Shown one piece after another: positions 30,920 through 44,000 of a DNA stretch of 64,000 bases. The position numbers were made by a program, and so were the translations under genes. The DNA comes from Squalus acanthias (Eukaryota): the NCBI GenBank assembly GCA_030390025.1, contig CM059437.1:54622001-54686000 (forward strand), in the 5' to 3' direction. The notes beneath the pieces are model-generated. The model did not search any database. It saw only the letters and a list, made by a program, of their open reading frames with translations, and was not told where the DNA came from. Every line of letters begins with the position of its first letter. Position 1 is the first letter of the stretch.

Positions 30920-33900
30920 ATGGCACAAGGGAGTATGGCAAGGCTGGATGGCATTTATTTTAATGCAAGGAGTCTTGCGAGTAAGGCAGATGAATTTAAG
31001 GTGTTGATGAACACATGGGAGTATGATATTGTTGCTATCACAGAGACATGGTTGAGGGACGGGCAGGACTGGCAGCTCAATATTCCGGGGTATAGAATCT
31101 TCAGGCGTGACAGAGGGGGTGTAAAAGAGGGGAGGGTGTCGCAATATTAATCAAGGAGTCAATTACTACTGTAAGGAGTGATGATATCTTAGCAGGTTCC
31201 TCTAATGAGGCCATATGGGTAGAACTTAACAACAAAAAGGGGGTAAGCATAGTGCTGGGAGTGTACTATAGGTCCCCAAACACTCAGGGGAAGATAGAGG
31301 AACAGATATGTAGGCAAATCTCAGAGAAGTTTAGAAATAATAGGGTAATAATAGTTGGGAATTTCAACTGTCCCAATATTAACTGGGATAGTCAGAGTGT
31401 GAAAGGCTTAGAGGGTGCGGAATTCTTAAAGTGCATCCAGGAGAGCTTTCTGAGCCAGCATGTAGAATGTCCGACAAGAGAGGGGGGGGTGGTACTGGAC
31501 CTAATTCCAGGGAATGTAGCCGGGCAAGTGGCAGAAGTAGGAGAGCATTTTGGTGACAGTGACCACAATTCGGTGAGATTTAAGGTAGTCATGGAAAAGG
31601 ACAAAGATGGACCGGAAATAAAGGTTCTAAATTGGGGGAAGGCCGATTTTAATATGATAAGGCAGGATCTGGCCAAAGTGGACTGGGATCAGCTACTTGC
31701 AGGAAAATCCACATCAGAGCAGTGGGAATCTTTCAGAAAGGAAATAGAGAGAGTACAACGCCAACATGTTCCCATAAAGGTCAAGGGTGGAACCAACAAA
31801 CCCAGGGAAACCTGGATGTCAAAGGAATATACAAGAATGGATGAGGGAAAAAAGGGAGGCTTTTGGCAGATACAAACGACTAAAAGCAGTGGAAGCCCTA
31901 GAGGAATATAGAAAGTGCAGGGGGGGTACTTCAAAAAGAAATTGGAGAGCGAAGAGGGGGCATGAAAAAACATTGGCGGGCAACATAAAGGAAAATCCCA
32001 AGGTGTTTTATAAGTATATTAAGGGAAAGAGGATAACCAGGGAAAGAGTAGGGCCCATTAGGGACCAAAGTGGCAATCTGTGTGTAGAGCCGGAAGATGT
32101 AGGTGAGGATCTAAATGAATATTTTGCATCTGTGTTCACTATGGTGAAGGACGATGTAGGCATAGAAATCAGGCAGGGGGATTGTGATATACTTGAACAA
32201 ATTAGCATTGAGAAGGAGGTAGTACTTGCGGTTTTAGCGGACTTAAAAGTGGATAAACCCCAGGCCCTGACGAGATGTATCCCAGGCTCCTGTGTGAGGC
32301 AAGGGAGGAGATTGCAGGGGCTCTGACACAAATTTTCAGACGCACTCTGGCCACAGGGGAGGTGCCAGAGGAGTGGAGGACAGCTAACGTAGTACCATTG
32401 TTCAAGAAGGGTAGTAGGGATAAACCAGGGAATTACAAGCCAGTGAGCCTAACATCAGTGGTGGGGAAATTATTGGAAACAATTCTGAGGGACAGAATCA
32501 GTCTCCACTTGGAGCGGCAAGGATTAATCAAGGATAGTCAGCATGGCTTTGTCAGGGGGAGATCATGTCTAACTAATTTGATTGAATTTTTCGAGGGGGT
32601 GACTCGGTGCGTGGATGAGGGTAGTACAGTTGATGTGGTCGACATGGACTTCAGTAAGGCTTTTGACAAAGTCCCACATGGAAGACTGGTCAAGAAGATA
32701 AGAGCCCATGGGATCCAGGGCAATTTGGCACATTGGATCCAAAATTGGCTTCGTGGCAGGAGGCAGAGGGTGATGGTCGAAGGTTGTTTTTGTGACTGGA
32801 AGCCTGTGTCCAGTGGTGTAGCGCAGGGATCGGTGCTGGGTCCTTTGCTGTTTGTAGTGTACATTAATGATTTAGATATGAATGTAGGAGGTATGATCAG
32901 TAAGTTTGCAGATGACACGAAAATTAGTGGTGTGGTAAATAGCGAGGAAGGAAGCCTCAGGCTACAAGACGATAGAGACGGGTTGGTCAGATGGGCAGAA
33001 CAGTGGCAAATGGAATTTAACCCTAAAAAGTGTGAGGTGATGCATTTTGGGAGGACTAACAAGGCAAGGGAATACACAATGAATGGTAGGACGCTAGGAA
33101 GTACAGAGGATCAGTGGGACCTTGGTGTGCATGTACATAGATCCCTGAAGGCAGCAGGCCAGGCAGATAAGGTGGTTAAAAAGACATATGAGATACTTGC
33201 CTTTGTAGGGAGAAATTAATTCACTCCAATCTGTGTTGATAGGTAAAAGCAAACAGTTTATTAATGTTCAGAGATCTTTGGGAGAAGCATCATAGACCTT
33301 ACCCGGCCTAGTGACCACGGCTTCTCGACCTCCCGTTGTCAGTTACAACCTTTTATTTAAGAATTATCCAATCACATTGTTAAAAATATCACATGATTAC
33401 AATTATGTCAATTCAAACTAAACCGGTTAATTCGTTATATTTCTTATCTTTGTCAGCTACAAACTAAAAACAATTATCCAATTACGTAGATATGTTGCAA
33501 GCATGTTTGTTGGGAATCACATTCTATGTTTTGCCTGGGTGCTGGGTCTAAGCTCATTCTCACATTTGTCCATTGTATTTCTGTACAGATGCGCATTGTA
33601 TTCTGTCCTTGAATGCTGCTAGGCATCCAATCCTTATCAATCCACCTGGTTGCTTCTTATTCTATTTCGGACATAACTTCCATTCCCTTTACAGCTAAGA
33701 GAGGTTTAATTTAATTTAATTTATCTTGAGTTCAAATTAACCCTTTCACCTTCATTAGCTAAGGCATAGAATGTAAGAGCAGGGAGGTTATGATGGAGCT
33801 GTACAAAACGCTAGTTAGGCAACAGCTGGAATACTGTGTGCAATTCTGGTCGCCACACTATAGGAGGGATGTCATTGCATTGGAGAAGGTGCAGAGGAGA

Positions 33901-34293
33901 TTCACCAGGATGTTACCTGGGCTGGAGCGCTTCAGCTATGATGAGAGACTGGACAGGCTGGGGTTGTTTTCCTTCGAGCAGAGAAGGCTGAGGGGGGACC
34001 TGACTGAGGTGTACAAAATTATGAGGGGCATAGATAGGGGAGATAGAAAGGAACTTTTCCCATTAGTCGAGGGGTCGATCACCAGGGGGCATAGTTTCAA
34101 GGTAAGGGGCAGGAGGTTTAGATGGGATTTGAGGAAAATATTTTTCACCCAGAGGGTGGTTGGAATCTGGAACTCACTGCCTGAAAGGGTGGTAGAGGCA
34201 GGAGCCCTCATAACATTCAAGAAGCATTTAGATGAGCACTTGAAACGCCATACCATACAAGGCTACGGACCAAGTGCTGGAAAATGGGATTAG
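30920..34293 (+). pseudogene. CR1 ORF2 (APE endonuclease plus reverse transcriptase), frameshifted
   Basis: YFNARSL, ITETWL, GNFNCPNINW, SDHN, DFSKAFDKVPH, QGSVLGPLLF and KFADDT. Confidence 0.92.
33204..33748 (-). mobile_element. Solo LTR, 545 bp
   Basis: TG...CA termini with short imperfect inverted ends (TGTAGGG / CCCTTTCA). 4-bp TSD CCTT at 33200-33203 and 33749-33752, whose removal restores CR1 ORF2. Minus-strand AATAAA at 33257-33262 and a TATA-like motif at ~33351-33360. Confidence 0.85.
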
Positions 34294-34373
34294 AATAAAC
34301 GGGGCTTGATGGCCGGCGCGGACACGATGGGCCGAAGGGCCTCTTTCTGCGCTGTATAACTGTATAACTCTAT

Positions 34374-35267
34374 GGGGTAAAAATTCACTTGGTTGCGCCT
34401 CCCGTTAGCGCCTTAAGAGGGCGCTAATGGGGCGCAAAGCCGCTAACGCCCGGGCGCAGCGATGTTTGCGCCGCTCGAGAACTTAACTTGAGATTGTGCG
34501 GCGGCACTAAAACTTACCGCTGCGACCACCTGCGCGCGCAGATTGTGACGTCATTCCATGGTGCAACGCCCTTGGGGCGCCCCGTAGCGGAAATTGAGTG
34601 GTGCCCCCTGCCTTACCGCCTGGCGCTTCCAACGACCAGAAGACTGGAACGCTATCAATCGCTGTGGGGCTGGGGGGGGGCGCTATTTAAAGGGGGCCTC
34701 TTCCTGTCTTTTATTGTTGGTGGCATTTTTGAACTACGCATTCTGAGAGAGAGAGGGAGAGACTTCTGGAGAGATTCAACGTTGTGTGAAGGAGTTTTGG
34801 GTATTGAGCAGCACTTTGCAGGTTCATTTTGATTTGCCATTCCTTGTATCGATTTAGCAGAGACTGTGGGAGCTGCACTCTGAGCTCTTTGCCTGGTACT
34901 TTCCATTGTTCTTTCCAGCACATTTGATGTGCAAGTCTCTCCAGGCCGAGATTCAAGGCAGCAATGAACAGGATGTGGATGGAAAGCAAGATTAACCATT
35001 CCCTTTAAGAACTGCCCCGTGCCATTGTGTGTGTGTTCCATTGCTGACTGACATTACATGAGCTTCGCCAGCGCTCTGAGTTAGCGCCTCACTGCTCGGC
35101 CTTTGCGCCTTAAGAGAGGTGTGCAGCGCCTGCTTTAGCGCTCCACTCACCTCCCGGGGCGGTAAAAGTGAAGTTTCCTGTCAGTGCCGATAATTAGCGC
35201 CAGGCGCTAATATTTGCGTCCGGACGATATTTGCGCCCCAAACGGGGCGCGACCTAATTTTTACCCC
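34374..35267 (+). mobile_element. Non-autonomous Harbinger element M1
   Basis: GGGGTAAAAATT...AATTTTTACCCC with TAT TSD. Near-identical to 9266-10159. Confidence 0.95.
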
Positions 35268-35278
35268 TATGACTCTAA

Positions 35279-36179
35279 GGGGTAGAAATTAGGTCGCGCC
35301 CCATTTGGGGCGCAAATATCGTCCGGACGCAAATATTAGCGCCTGGCGCAAATTATTGGCACTGACAGGAAACTTCACTTTTACCACCCCGGGAGGTGAG
35401 TGGAGCGCTAAAGCAGGCACTGCACACCTCTCTTAAGGCGCAAAGGCCGAGCAGTGAGGCGCTAACTCGGAGCGCTGGCGAAGCTCATGTAATGTCAGTC
35501 AGCAATGGAACACACACACAATGGCACGGGCCAGTTCTTAAAGGGGATGGTTAATCTTGCTTTCCATCCACATCCTGCTCATTGCTGCCTTGAATCTCGG
35601 CCTGGAGAGACTTGCACATCAAATGTGCTGGAAAGAACAATGGAGCGTACCAGGCAAAGAGCTAAGAGTGCAGCTCCCACAGTCTCTGCTAAATCGATAC
35701 AAGGAATGGCAAATCAAAATGAACCTGCAAAGTGCTGCTCAGTACCCAAAACTCCTTCACACAACGTTGAATCTCTCCAGAAGTCTCTCCCTCTCTCTCA
35801 GAATGCGTAGTTCAAAAATGCCACCAACAATAAAAGACAGGAAGAGGCCCCCTTTAAATAGCGCCCCCCCCCCCCCCCCCCAGCCCCACAGCGATTGATA
35901 GCGTTCCAGTCTTCTGGTCGTTGGAAGCGCCAGGCGGTAAGGCAGGGGGCGCCACTCAATTTCTGCTACGGGGCGCCACAAGGGCGTTGCACCATGGAAT
36001 GACGTCACAATCTGCGCGCGCAGGTGGTCGCAGCGGTAAGTTTCAGCGCCGCCGCACAATCTCAAGTTAATTTCTCGAGCGGCGCAAACATCGCTGCGCC
36101 CGGGCGTTAGCGGCTTTGCGCCCCATTAGCGCCCTCTTAAGGCGCTAACGGGAGGCGCAACCAAGTGAATTTTTACCCC
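35279..36179 (-). mobile_element. Non-autonomous Harbinger element M2
   Basis: Inverted copy, GGGGTAGAAATT...AATTTTTACCCC. Flanks are TAA and TAT, so the TSD is mismatched. Confidence 0.95.
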
Positions 36180-36190
36180 TATGACTCTAA

Positions 36191-37083
36191 GGGGTAGAAA
36201 TTAGGTCGCGCCCCATTTGGGGCGCAAATATCGTCTGGACGCAAATATTAGCGCCTGGCGCTAATTATCGGCACTGACTGGAAACTTCACTTTTACCGCC
36301 CCGGGAGGTGAGTGGAGCGCTAAATCAGGCGCTGCACACCTGTCTTAAGGCGCAAAGGCCGAGCAGTGAGGCGCTAACTCAGAGCACTGGCGAAGCTCAT
36401 GTAATGTCAGGCAGCAATGGAACACACACACGATGGCACGGGCCAGTTCTTAAAGGGGATGGTTAATCTTGCTTTCCATCCACATCCTGTTCATTGCAGC
36501 CTTGAATCTCGGCCTGGAGAGACTTGCACATCAAATGTGCTGGAAAGAACAATGGAGAGTACCAGGCAAAGAGCTCAGAGTGCAGCTCCCACAGTCTCTG
36601 CTAAATCGATACAAGGAATGGCAAATCAAAATGAACCTGCAAAGTGCTGCTCAGTATCCAAAACTCCTTCACACAACGTTGAATCTCTCCAGAAGTCTCT
36701 CCCTCTCTCTCTCAGAATGCGTAGTTCAAAAATGCCACCAACAATAAAAGACAGGAAGAGGCCCCCTTTAAATAGCGCCCCCCCCAGCCCCACAGCGATT
36801 GATAGCGTTCCAGTCTTCTGGTCGTTGGATGCGCCAGGCGGTAAGGCACGGGGCGCCACTCAATTTCCACTCCGGGGCACCACAAGGGCGTTGCACCATG
36901 GAATGACGTCATAATCTGCGCGCGCAGGTGGTCGCAGCGGTAAGTTTTAGCGCCGCCGCACAATGTCAAGTTAAGTTCCCGAGCGGCGCAAACATCACTG
37001 CGCCCGGGCGTTAGCGGCTTTGCGCCCCATTAGCACCCTCTTAAGGCGCTAACGGGAGGCGCAACCAACTGAATTTTTACCCC
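36191..37083 (-). mobile_element. Non-autonomous Harbinger element M3
   Basis: Inverted copy with TAA TSD at 36188-36190 and 37084-37086. Confidence 0.95.
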
Positions 37084-37099
37084 TAAGTCTATTGTTTCC

Positions 37100-37467
37100 G
37101 TCAAGAAATGTCAAACTTTTGTCACCCATCGTGTCTGTAAGCTAGCTATTCCGACTGATTTCACATGGAAGAGTCATTTTATTACACTGTGGTATTTGTA
37201 ACGTTAAACTGACACTTTGATCAGTGCAGGGTGAACACTCGGTAAAATACAAACAGCGGCATGCAGCGGATAAACAGTACATCTGTTGTCATTTGCATTG
37301 TTCCACGTACAATCAAACATGTAATGTCCGAATACGGAATTTATTTTAAAGAAACTTTACTAATGGTATAATAGATCAATACATTAGATTCTCAATCAGA
37401 TACAGCTGGATTTCGCGATACTTGATTGAAGCGGGTTTGCCTGAGTCTCGTGTTTAACCACGCAGGA
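37100..37467 (-). pseudogene. Remnant of a third Ig light chain C exon (last 23 codons, stop, 3' flank)
   Basis: 37467-37396 reads SCVVKHETQANPLQSSIAKSSCI*. The downstream flank is homologous to 8120-8537, including the polyA signal. Confidence 0.9.
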
Positions 37468-38550
37468 TACAACAGGTGCCAGCTCTGTGAACATGACAGT
37501 GGGGCTCACCGTGATGGAGCTTCTGCTGACAGCTCTGACGGCTTCCATGGCAGCTCAATGGCTGCCATTTTACTTCTTGGGCCTAGTGTTGACTGGGGTG
37601 TCCAGATCATCGTATCACTCCTCCAGTCTGTTCTGTCACAGAGCCATAGGAGAGATGAGGTGTTGTCCCAGGAGAGTAGTCTTGGCTCAATGAGAGCAAC
37701 ACCTGCTCCCACGCCACCTATTCCTCCAGTGCTCTTGTTAGACTAAATTAGCCAGCTGACCCAGACAGCCCTCATCCACGCCGAGATGCTGCAATCTATA
37801 TTCGGGTCCTCAAGGCTCAGAGCTGCTTGAGGGCATCCAACACAGCCATCTGAAGTGTTCTCAATGGAAGCTCAGCAGCCTTCCACTTCCGAAGCTGCAG
37901 CCACTAGCGGTACAACTCGTAGCAGCACTAGTATAGGAAAACAAGCACAGAATATGACATCAATGGGTGGCACAATGTTGATTCCTTTCATATTAACTAT
38001 TATACACTTCTTTAATACAATTGCTGGAGTTTTTTCTGGATTTGGTGTTGGTGTTAGTGAAGTGAGAGCAAAACTAATAAGGCTGGACTGTAGGAACGCA
38101 ATCAGATTGTGCTAGTAATGATTGTGGTGATAAGGATTGAGGGGGTGTTTATGTATTGGGGCTGGGAGCGATGGTTCAGCTGAAGCACTTTTGGATGAAT
38201 CGACCTCTGAGAGTTCTGGCCACTAGCTGCGCTAGTGGTCGATGCTGCTCCTGCTCTTCCTCCTCCTGCTGAACTTCTTCCTGCCCAACTGGTGGTAGGG
38301 GCTGCTCTCTCATTATTGCAAAGTTATGCAGGACACGACCACAAATCTGGAAACACAGTCACGGCTGCAGTGCTCCTCCCGAACGATCCAGGTAGCAGAA
38401 GCGATGCCTGAGTAATTATATTTCTGGTAGTGGCCTGGCTCCTGTTGTAGGCCAGCTCTCTGTCTGTGCACACGTTCTTCACAGGAGCCATGAGCTACGT
38501 CTGAAGGGGATAGGCCTTGTCGCCCAGGAGACAGCCTTTTTGAATTAAAG
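37468..38550. mobile_element. Internal fragment of an older Harbinger element (3' ends of both genes)
   Basis: The + strand HAEMLQS...EAQQPSTSEAAAT matches the Myb-protein tail HAELVQS...EQQPSTSLAAAT. The - strand LLGDKAYP, RFCYLDRSGGALQ and LHNFAIMR match the transposase. Confidence 0.8.
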
Positions 38551-38740
38551 TCATCACAGAGGACTGGCTGCCAGAAAACTTGTCACGGAGCTGCCTAGCG
38601 CGCTGCCTATGGTCGAAAACAACGATTTTATTCCTACAACGCACAGGAAAAGCAACTACACAAATAACATGAAATCGAATACAGCGATTATGGGCTTATG
38701 CTTGGTTAGGAGGAAATAACTTTGCACAACCCGATATTGT

Positions 38741-39695
38741 CATAGAAACATAGAAACTTAGAAGATAGGAGCAGGAGTAGGCCGTTCGGCCCCTCGAGCC
38801 TGATCCGCCATTTAATGAGATCATGGCTGATCATGCAAATTCAGTACCCTGTCCCTGCTTTCTCCCCATATCCCTTGATCCCTTTAGCCTTAAGAAATAT
38901 ATCTAACTCCTTTTTGAATTTATTTAATGAATTGGCCTCAACTGCCTTCTGTGGTAGAGAATTCCACAGGTTCACCACTCTCTGGGTGAAGAAATTCCTC
39001 CTCATCTCAGTCCTAAATGGCTTACCCCATATCCTTAGACTGTGACACCTGGTTCTGGACTCCCCCGCCATCGGGAACATCCTTCCTGCATCTAGTCTGC
39101 CTAGTCCTGTTAGAATTTTATAAATTTGAATGATAGCCCCTCTCATTCTACTAAACTCGAGCGAATATAAGCCTAATCGACCCAATCTCTCTTCATCCGT
39201 CATTCCTGCCATCCCAGGAATCAGTCTGGTGAATCTTCGCTGCAATCCCTCCATGGCAAGAACATCCTTCCTCAGATAAGGCGACCAAAACTGCACACAA
39301 TACTCAAGGTGTGGTCTCACCAAGGCCCTGTACAACTGCAGCAAGACATCCTTGCTCCTGTACTCGAATCCTCTCGCTATGAAGGCCAACATACCATTTG
39401 CCTTCTTAACCGACTGCTGCACCTGCATGCTTACCTTCAGCGACCGGTGCACAAGGACGACCAGGCCTCATTGCACTTCCCCTTTTCCCAATCTATTGCA
39501 GTTCAGATAATAATCTGTCTTCCTGTTTTTGCCACCAAAGTGGATAACCTCGCATTTATCCACATTATACTGCATCTGTCATGCATCTGCCCAATCACCC
39601 AACCTGTCCAAATCATACTGGAGTTTCTCTGCATCCTCCTCACAGCACACACGTGCACGCAGATTTGTGTCATCTGCAAACTTGGAGATATTACA
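38741..39695 (-). mobile_element. CR1 3' fragment
   Basis: (CATAGAAA) tail. ORF 38841-39452 is an ORF2 C-terminus. KFADDT at ~39670. Confidence 0.92.
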
Positions 39696-41079
39696 TCACG
39701 CAAACAAGACATAGAATCTTACAGCGCAGAAGAAGGCTGTTCAGCCCATAGTACCTGTGCCGGGTCTTTGAAAGAGCTATCCAATTAATCCCACTTCCTC
39801 TCCACTGCACTTTCTCCATAGCCCTGCAAATTTGTCTTTTTCATGTATATATGCAATTCCCTGCTTCCCCCACCCTTTCAGGCAGTACATTTCAGATCCT
39901 AAGAACGTGTTAAATAAATTTTCCTCATCTCCCCAGTGATTCTTTAGCCAATTATATTAAGTCGGTGTCCATTCGTTACCGACCCTCCTCTCAGTGAAAC
40001 TGCTTACTTTTAATTTACCCCTCATAATTTTGAACACCAATACTAAATCGTCCTTTAACTTGCTCTGATCTAAGGAGAACAATCCTAACTTCCCTAGTCT
40101 TGCCACATCATTGAAGTCCCTCATCTCTGGTACTATTCTGGTAATCTCTTCTGCACCCTGTCCAAGGCCTCGACATCAACTCGAAACTGAGGTGCCTAGA
40201 ATTGGACAAAATACTCCAGCTGAGGCTCAACCAGTGGTTTATAAAGATTTAGCATAACTTCCTTACGTTTGTACACTATGCAGCTATATATAAAACCAAG
40301 TATCCCCTATAACTTTTTAACAGCCTTAGCAACTTGTCCTGCCGCCTTCAAATATCCCTGTATGCGAAACCCCACGTATCTCTCTGTTCCTGCACCCCAT
40401 TTAAAATTGTAACATTTAATTTATATTGCTTCTCTTCATTATTCCTTTTAAAATGATATCAATTTTTCAATTCACTGCATTCAATTTAATCTGCACTGTG
40501 CCTTCACATTTCGCCCATTTGTCTATGCCCTCTTACTGTCTGTGACTATCCCCTTCACTGTTTATTGCATTTCCAAGTTATGTGTCATCTGCAAACTATG
40601 AAAGTATGCCCCCTATACTCAAGTCCAGGTCAATAATGTACTTCAAAAAGAGCATTGTTTCTAATACAGACTCCTGGTTGATGCCACTGTACCCTTCCCT
40701 CCAATCTGAAAAACAACCGTTCAACACTACTCTCAGCTTTCTATTTCTTAGAAAATTTAGTGTCCAGGCTGCCATTACCCAATTAATCCCATGGGCTTCA
40801 ATTTTGCTAACAAGTCTATTATGTGGCAGTTTAACAAACGCCTTTTCAAAGTCTATATACACATCATCAACTTCACTAATCTCAGTTTGATCATTATTAA
40901 ATATTAGCAATGAGATTAACATAACATTATTATGATATCTATCTGACCTCTTACAGAGATCAGTATCAACAAAGAACACTAAAGGGATACAGAGTATGTG
41001 ATAAGTGTAAAAGTGAATGTTGAAACCAAGATACTTTGCTGGACTGGTTTCAGTAAAAAGTGCCAGTGGAAGTGTAATT

Positions 41080-44000
41080 ACATAAGAACAAAACGTAAGA
41101 AAGAGGAGAAGGGTTAGGCCATTTGACCTTTGAGCCTGCTCCGCCATTCAAGAAGATCATGCCTGATCTTCTACCTCATCAACACTTTCCTGCACTATCC
41201 CCATATTCCTTGAATCCCTTAATATTCAAAAATCTATCGATCTCTGTCTTGAATATACTCAACGACTGTGCCTCCACAGCACTCTGGGGTAGAGAATTCC
41301 GAGGACGCACCATCCTCTGAGTGGGAGAAATTCCCCCTCATCTGAGTCCTAAATGGCCTACAACTTATTCTGAGACTGTGACCCCTGGTTCTGGATACCC
41401 CAGCCAGGGGAAACATCCTCCCTGCATCTACCCTGTCAAGCCGTGTAAGAATTTATATGGTTCAATGAGATCACCTCCCATTCTTCTAAACTATGTATGT
41501 AAAGTATGTTAAAAGAAAAAGATTAATGAAGACAAATGTAGGTCCCTTACAGTCAGAAACGGGAGAATTTATAATGGGGAACAAGTAAATGGCTGAGCAG
41601 TTAAACATATACTTTGGTTCTGTCTTCACAGAAGAGGACACAAATAACTTTCCAGAAATGCTAGGGAACCAAGGGTCTACTGAGAAGGAGGAATGAAAGG
41701 AAATTAGTATTAGTAAAAAATAGTGCAGGAGAAATTAATAAGACTGAAAGCCGATAAATCCCCAGGGCCTGATAATCTGCATCCGAGGGTACTGAAACAG
41801 GTAGCCATGGAAATAGTGGATGCATTGGTTGTCATCTTCCAAAATTCGATAGCTTTTGGAACATTTCCTTCAGATTGGAGGATGTCAAAGGTAACCCCAC
41901 TATTTAAAAAAGTAGATAAAGTCAAAACAGGGAACTACAGACCGTTTAGCCACACATCAGTATTAGGGAAAATGCTACAGTCTATTATAAAGGATGTGAT
42001 AATAGGACACTTAGAAAATATCAACGGGATTAGACAAAGTCAACATGGATTTGTGAAAAAGAAATCGTGTTTGACAAACATACTGGAGATTTTTGAGGAT
42101 GTTACTGGTAGAATAGATAAGGGAGAACCAGTGGATGTGGTGTATTTGGATTTTCAGAAGGCCTTTGATAAAGTCCCACATAAGAGGTTAGTGTGCAAAA
42201 CTTAAGCACATGGGATTGGGGGTAATATACTGGCATAGATTTAAATTTGGTTAACAAACAGAAAACAGAGAGTAAGAATAAATGGGTCTTTTTCGGGGTG
42301 GCAGACGGTGACTAGTGGGGTTCTGCAGGGATCAGTGCTTGGGCCCCAGCTATTCACAATATATATCAATGATTTGGATGAGGGAACCAAATGTGCTATA
42401 TCCAAGTTTGCTGACGACACGAAACTAGGTGGGATTGTGAGTTGTGAGGAGGATGCAAACAGGCTTCAAGGTGATTTAGACAAGTTGAGTGAGTGGGAAA
42501 ATACATGGCAGATGCAGTATAACGTGGATAAATGTGAAGTTATCCAATTCGGTAGGAAAAACAGAAAGGCAGAGTATTTTTTGAAATGCTGATAAATTGG
42601 GAAATGTTAATGTACAGAGAGACGAGCGTGTCCTTGTACACCAGTCACTAAAAGCAAACATGCAGGGGCAGCAAGTAGTTAGGAAGGCAAATGGTATGTT
42701 GGCCTTCATTGCAAGAGGATTTGAGTACAGGAGCAAGGATGTCTTACTACAGTTATACAGGGCTTTGGTGAGACCACACGTTGAGTACCATAGAAACATA
42801 GAAGATAGGAGCAGGAGTAGGCCATTCGGCCCCTCGAGCCTGCTCCGCCATTCGATGAGATAATGGCTGATCACCTAAACTCAGTACCCTGTACCTGCCT
42901 TCTCCCCATATCCCTTGATACATTTAGCTTTAAGAAATATATCTAACTCATCCTTGAATATATTTAATGACTTCGCCTCAACTACCTTCTGTGGTAGAGA
43001 ATTCCACAGGTTCACCACTCTCTGGGTGAAGAAATTCTTCCTCATTTCTGTCCTAAATGGTTTACCCGTTATCCGTAGATTATGACCCCTGGTTCTGGAC
43101 TCTCCGACCATCGGGAACATTCTTCCTGCATCTAGTTTGTCCAGACCTGTCAGAATTTTATATGTTTCGATGAGATCCCCTCTCATTCTTCTATACTCCA
43201 GTGAGTATAAGCCCAATCGACCCAATCTCTCCTCATATGTCATTCCTGCCATCCCAGGTATCAGCCTTGTGAATCTTCGCTGAACTCCTTCCATGGCAAG
43301 AACATCCTTCCTCAGATAAGGCGACCAAAATTGCACACAGTACTCAAGGTGTGGTCTCACCAAGGCCCTGTACAACTGCAGCAGGACATCCCTGTTCCTA
43401 TACTCAAACCCTTTCGCTATGAAGGCCAACATACCATTTCCCTTCTTCACCGCCTGCTGCACCTGCATGCTTACTTTCAGCGATTGGTGCACAAGGACAC
43501 CCAGGTCTCGTTGCACTTCCCCTTCTCCCAATCTATTGCCATTCAGATAATAGTCTGCCTTTCTGTTTTTGACACCAAAGTGGATAACCTCGCACTTATC
43601 CACGTTATATTGCATCTGCCACGCTTCTGCCCACTCACCCAACCTGTCCAGATCATCCTGGAGTTTCTCGCTATCCTCCTCGCTGCACACACTCCCACCC
43701 AGCTTTGTGTCATCTGCAAACTTGGAGATATTACATTTAATTCCCTTATCTAGATCATTAATGTATATTGTGAATAGCTGGGGTCCAAGGACCGATCCCT
43801 GTGGTACCCCACTAGTCACTGCTTGCCACTCGGAAAAAGACCCATTAATTCCTACTTTCTGCTTTCTGTCCGCCAACCAGTTCTCTATCCAAGTCAATAC
43901 CTTGCCCCCAATCCCATGTGCCTTAACTTTACCCGCTAATCTCTTATGCGGGACCTTATCGAAAGCCTTTTGAAAGTCCAAATACACCACATCTACTGGT

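Larger units (their letters stand above)
29494..34373 (+). mobile_element. Near full-length CR1 LINE (5' UTR, ORF1, ORF2, tail), disabled
   Basis: Contains ORF1 with zinc finger and esterase, and ORF2 with APE and RT in several frames (30920-34293). 3' tail TATAACTC/TATGACTC. Interrupted by an LTR at 33204. Confidence 0.93.

Noticed and set aside
34488-36969. Recurrent ORFs MEHTHNGTGQ..., MLSIHILF... and MRLCGGAK... (also at 6814-7129 and 9380-9933)
   Set aside because: They recur only because the element is repeated. Lengths and frames vary with GA and G tract slippage, and there is no domain apart from the few Myb start codons.
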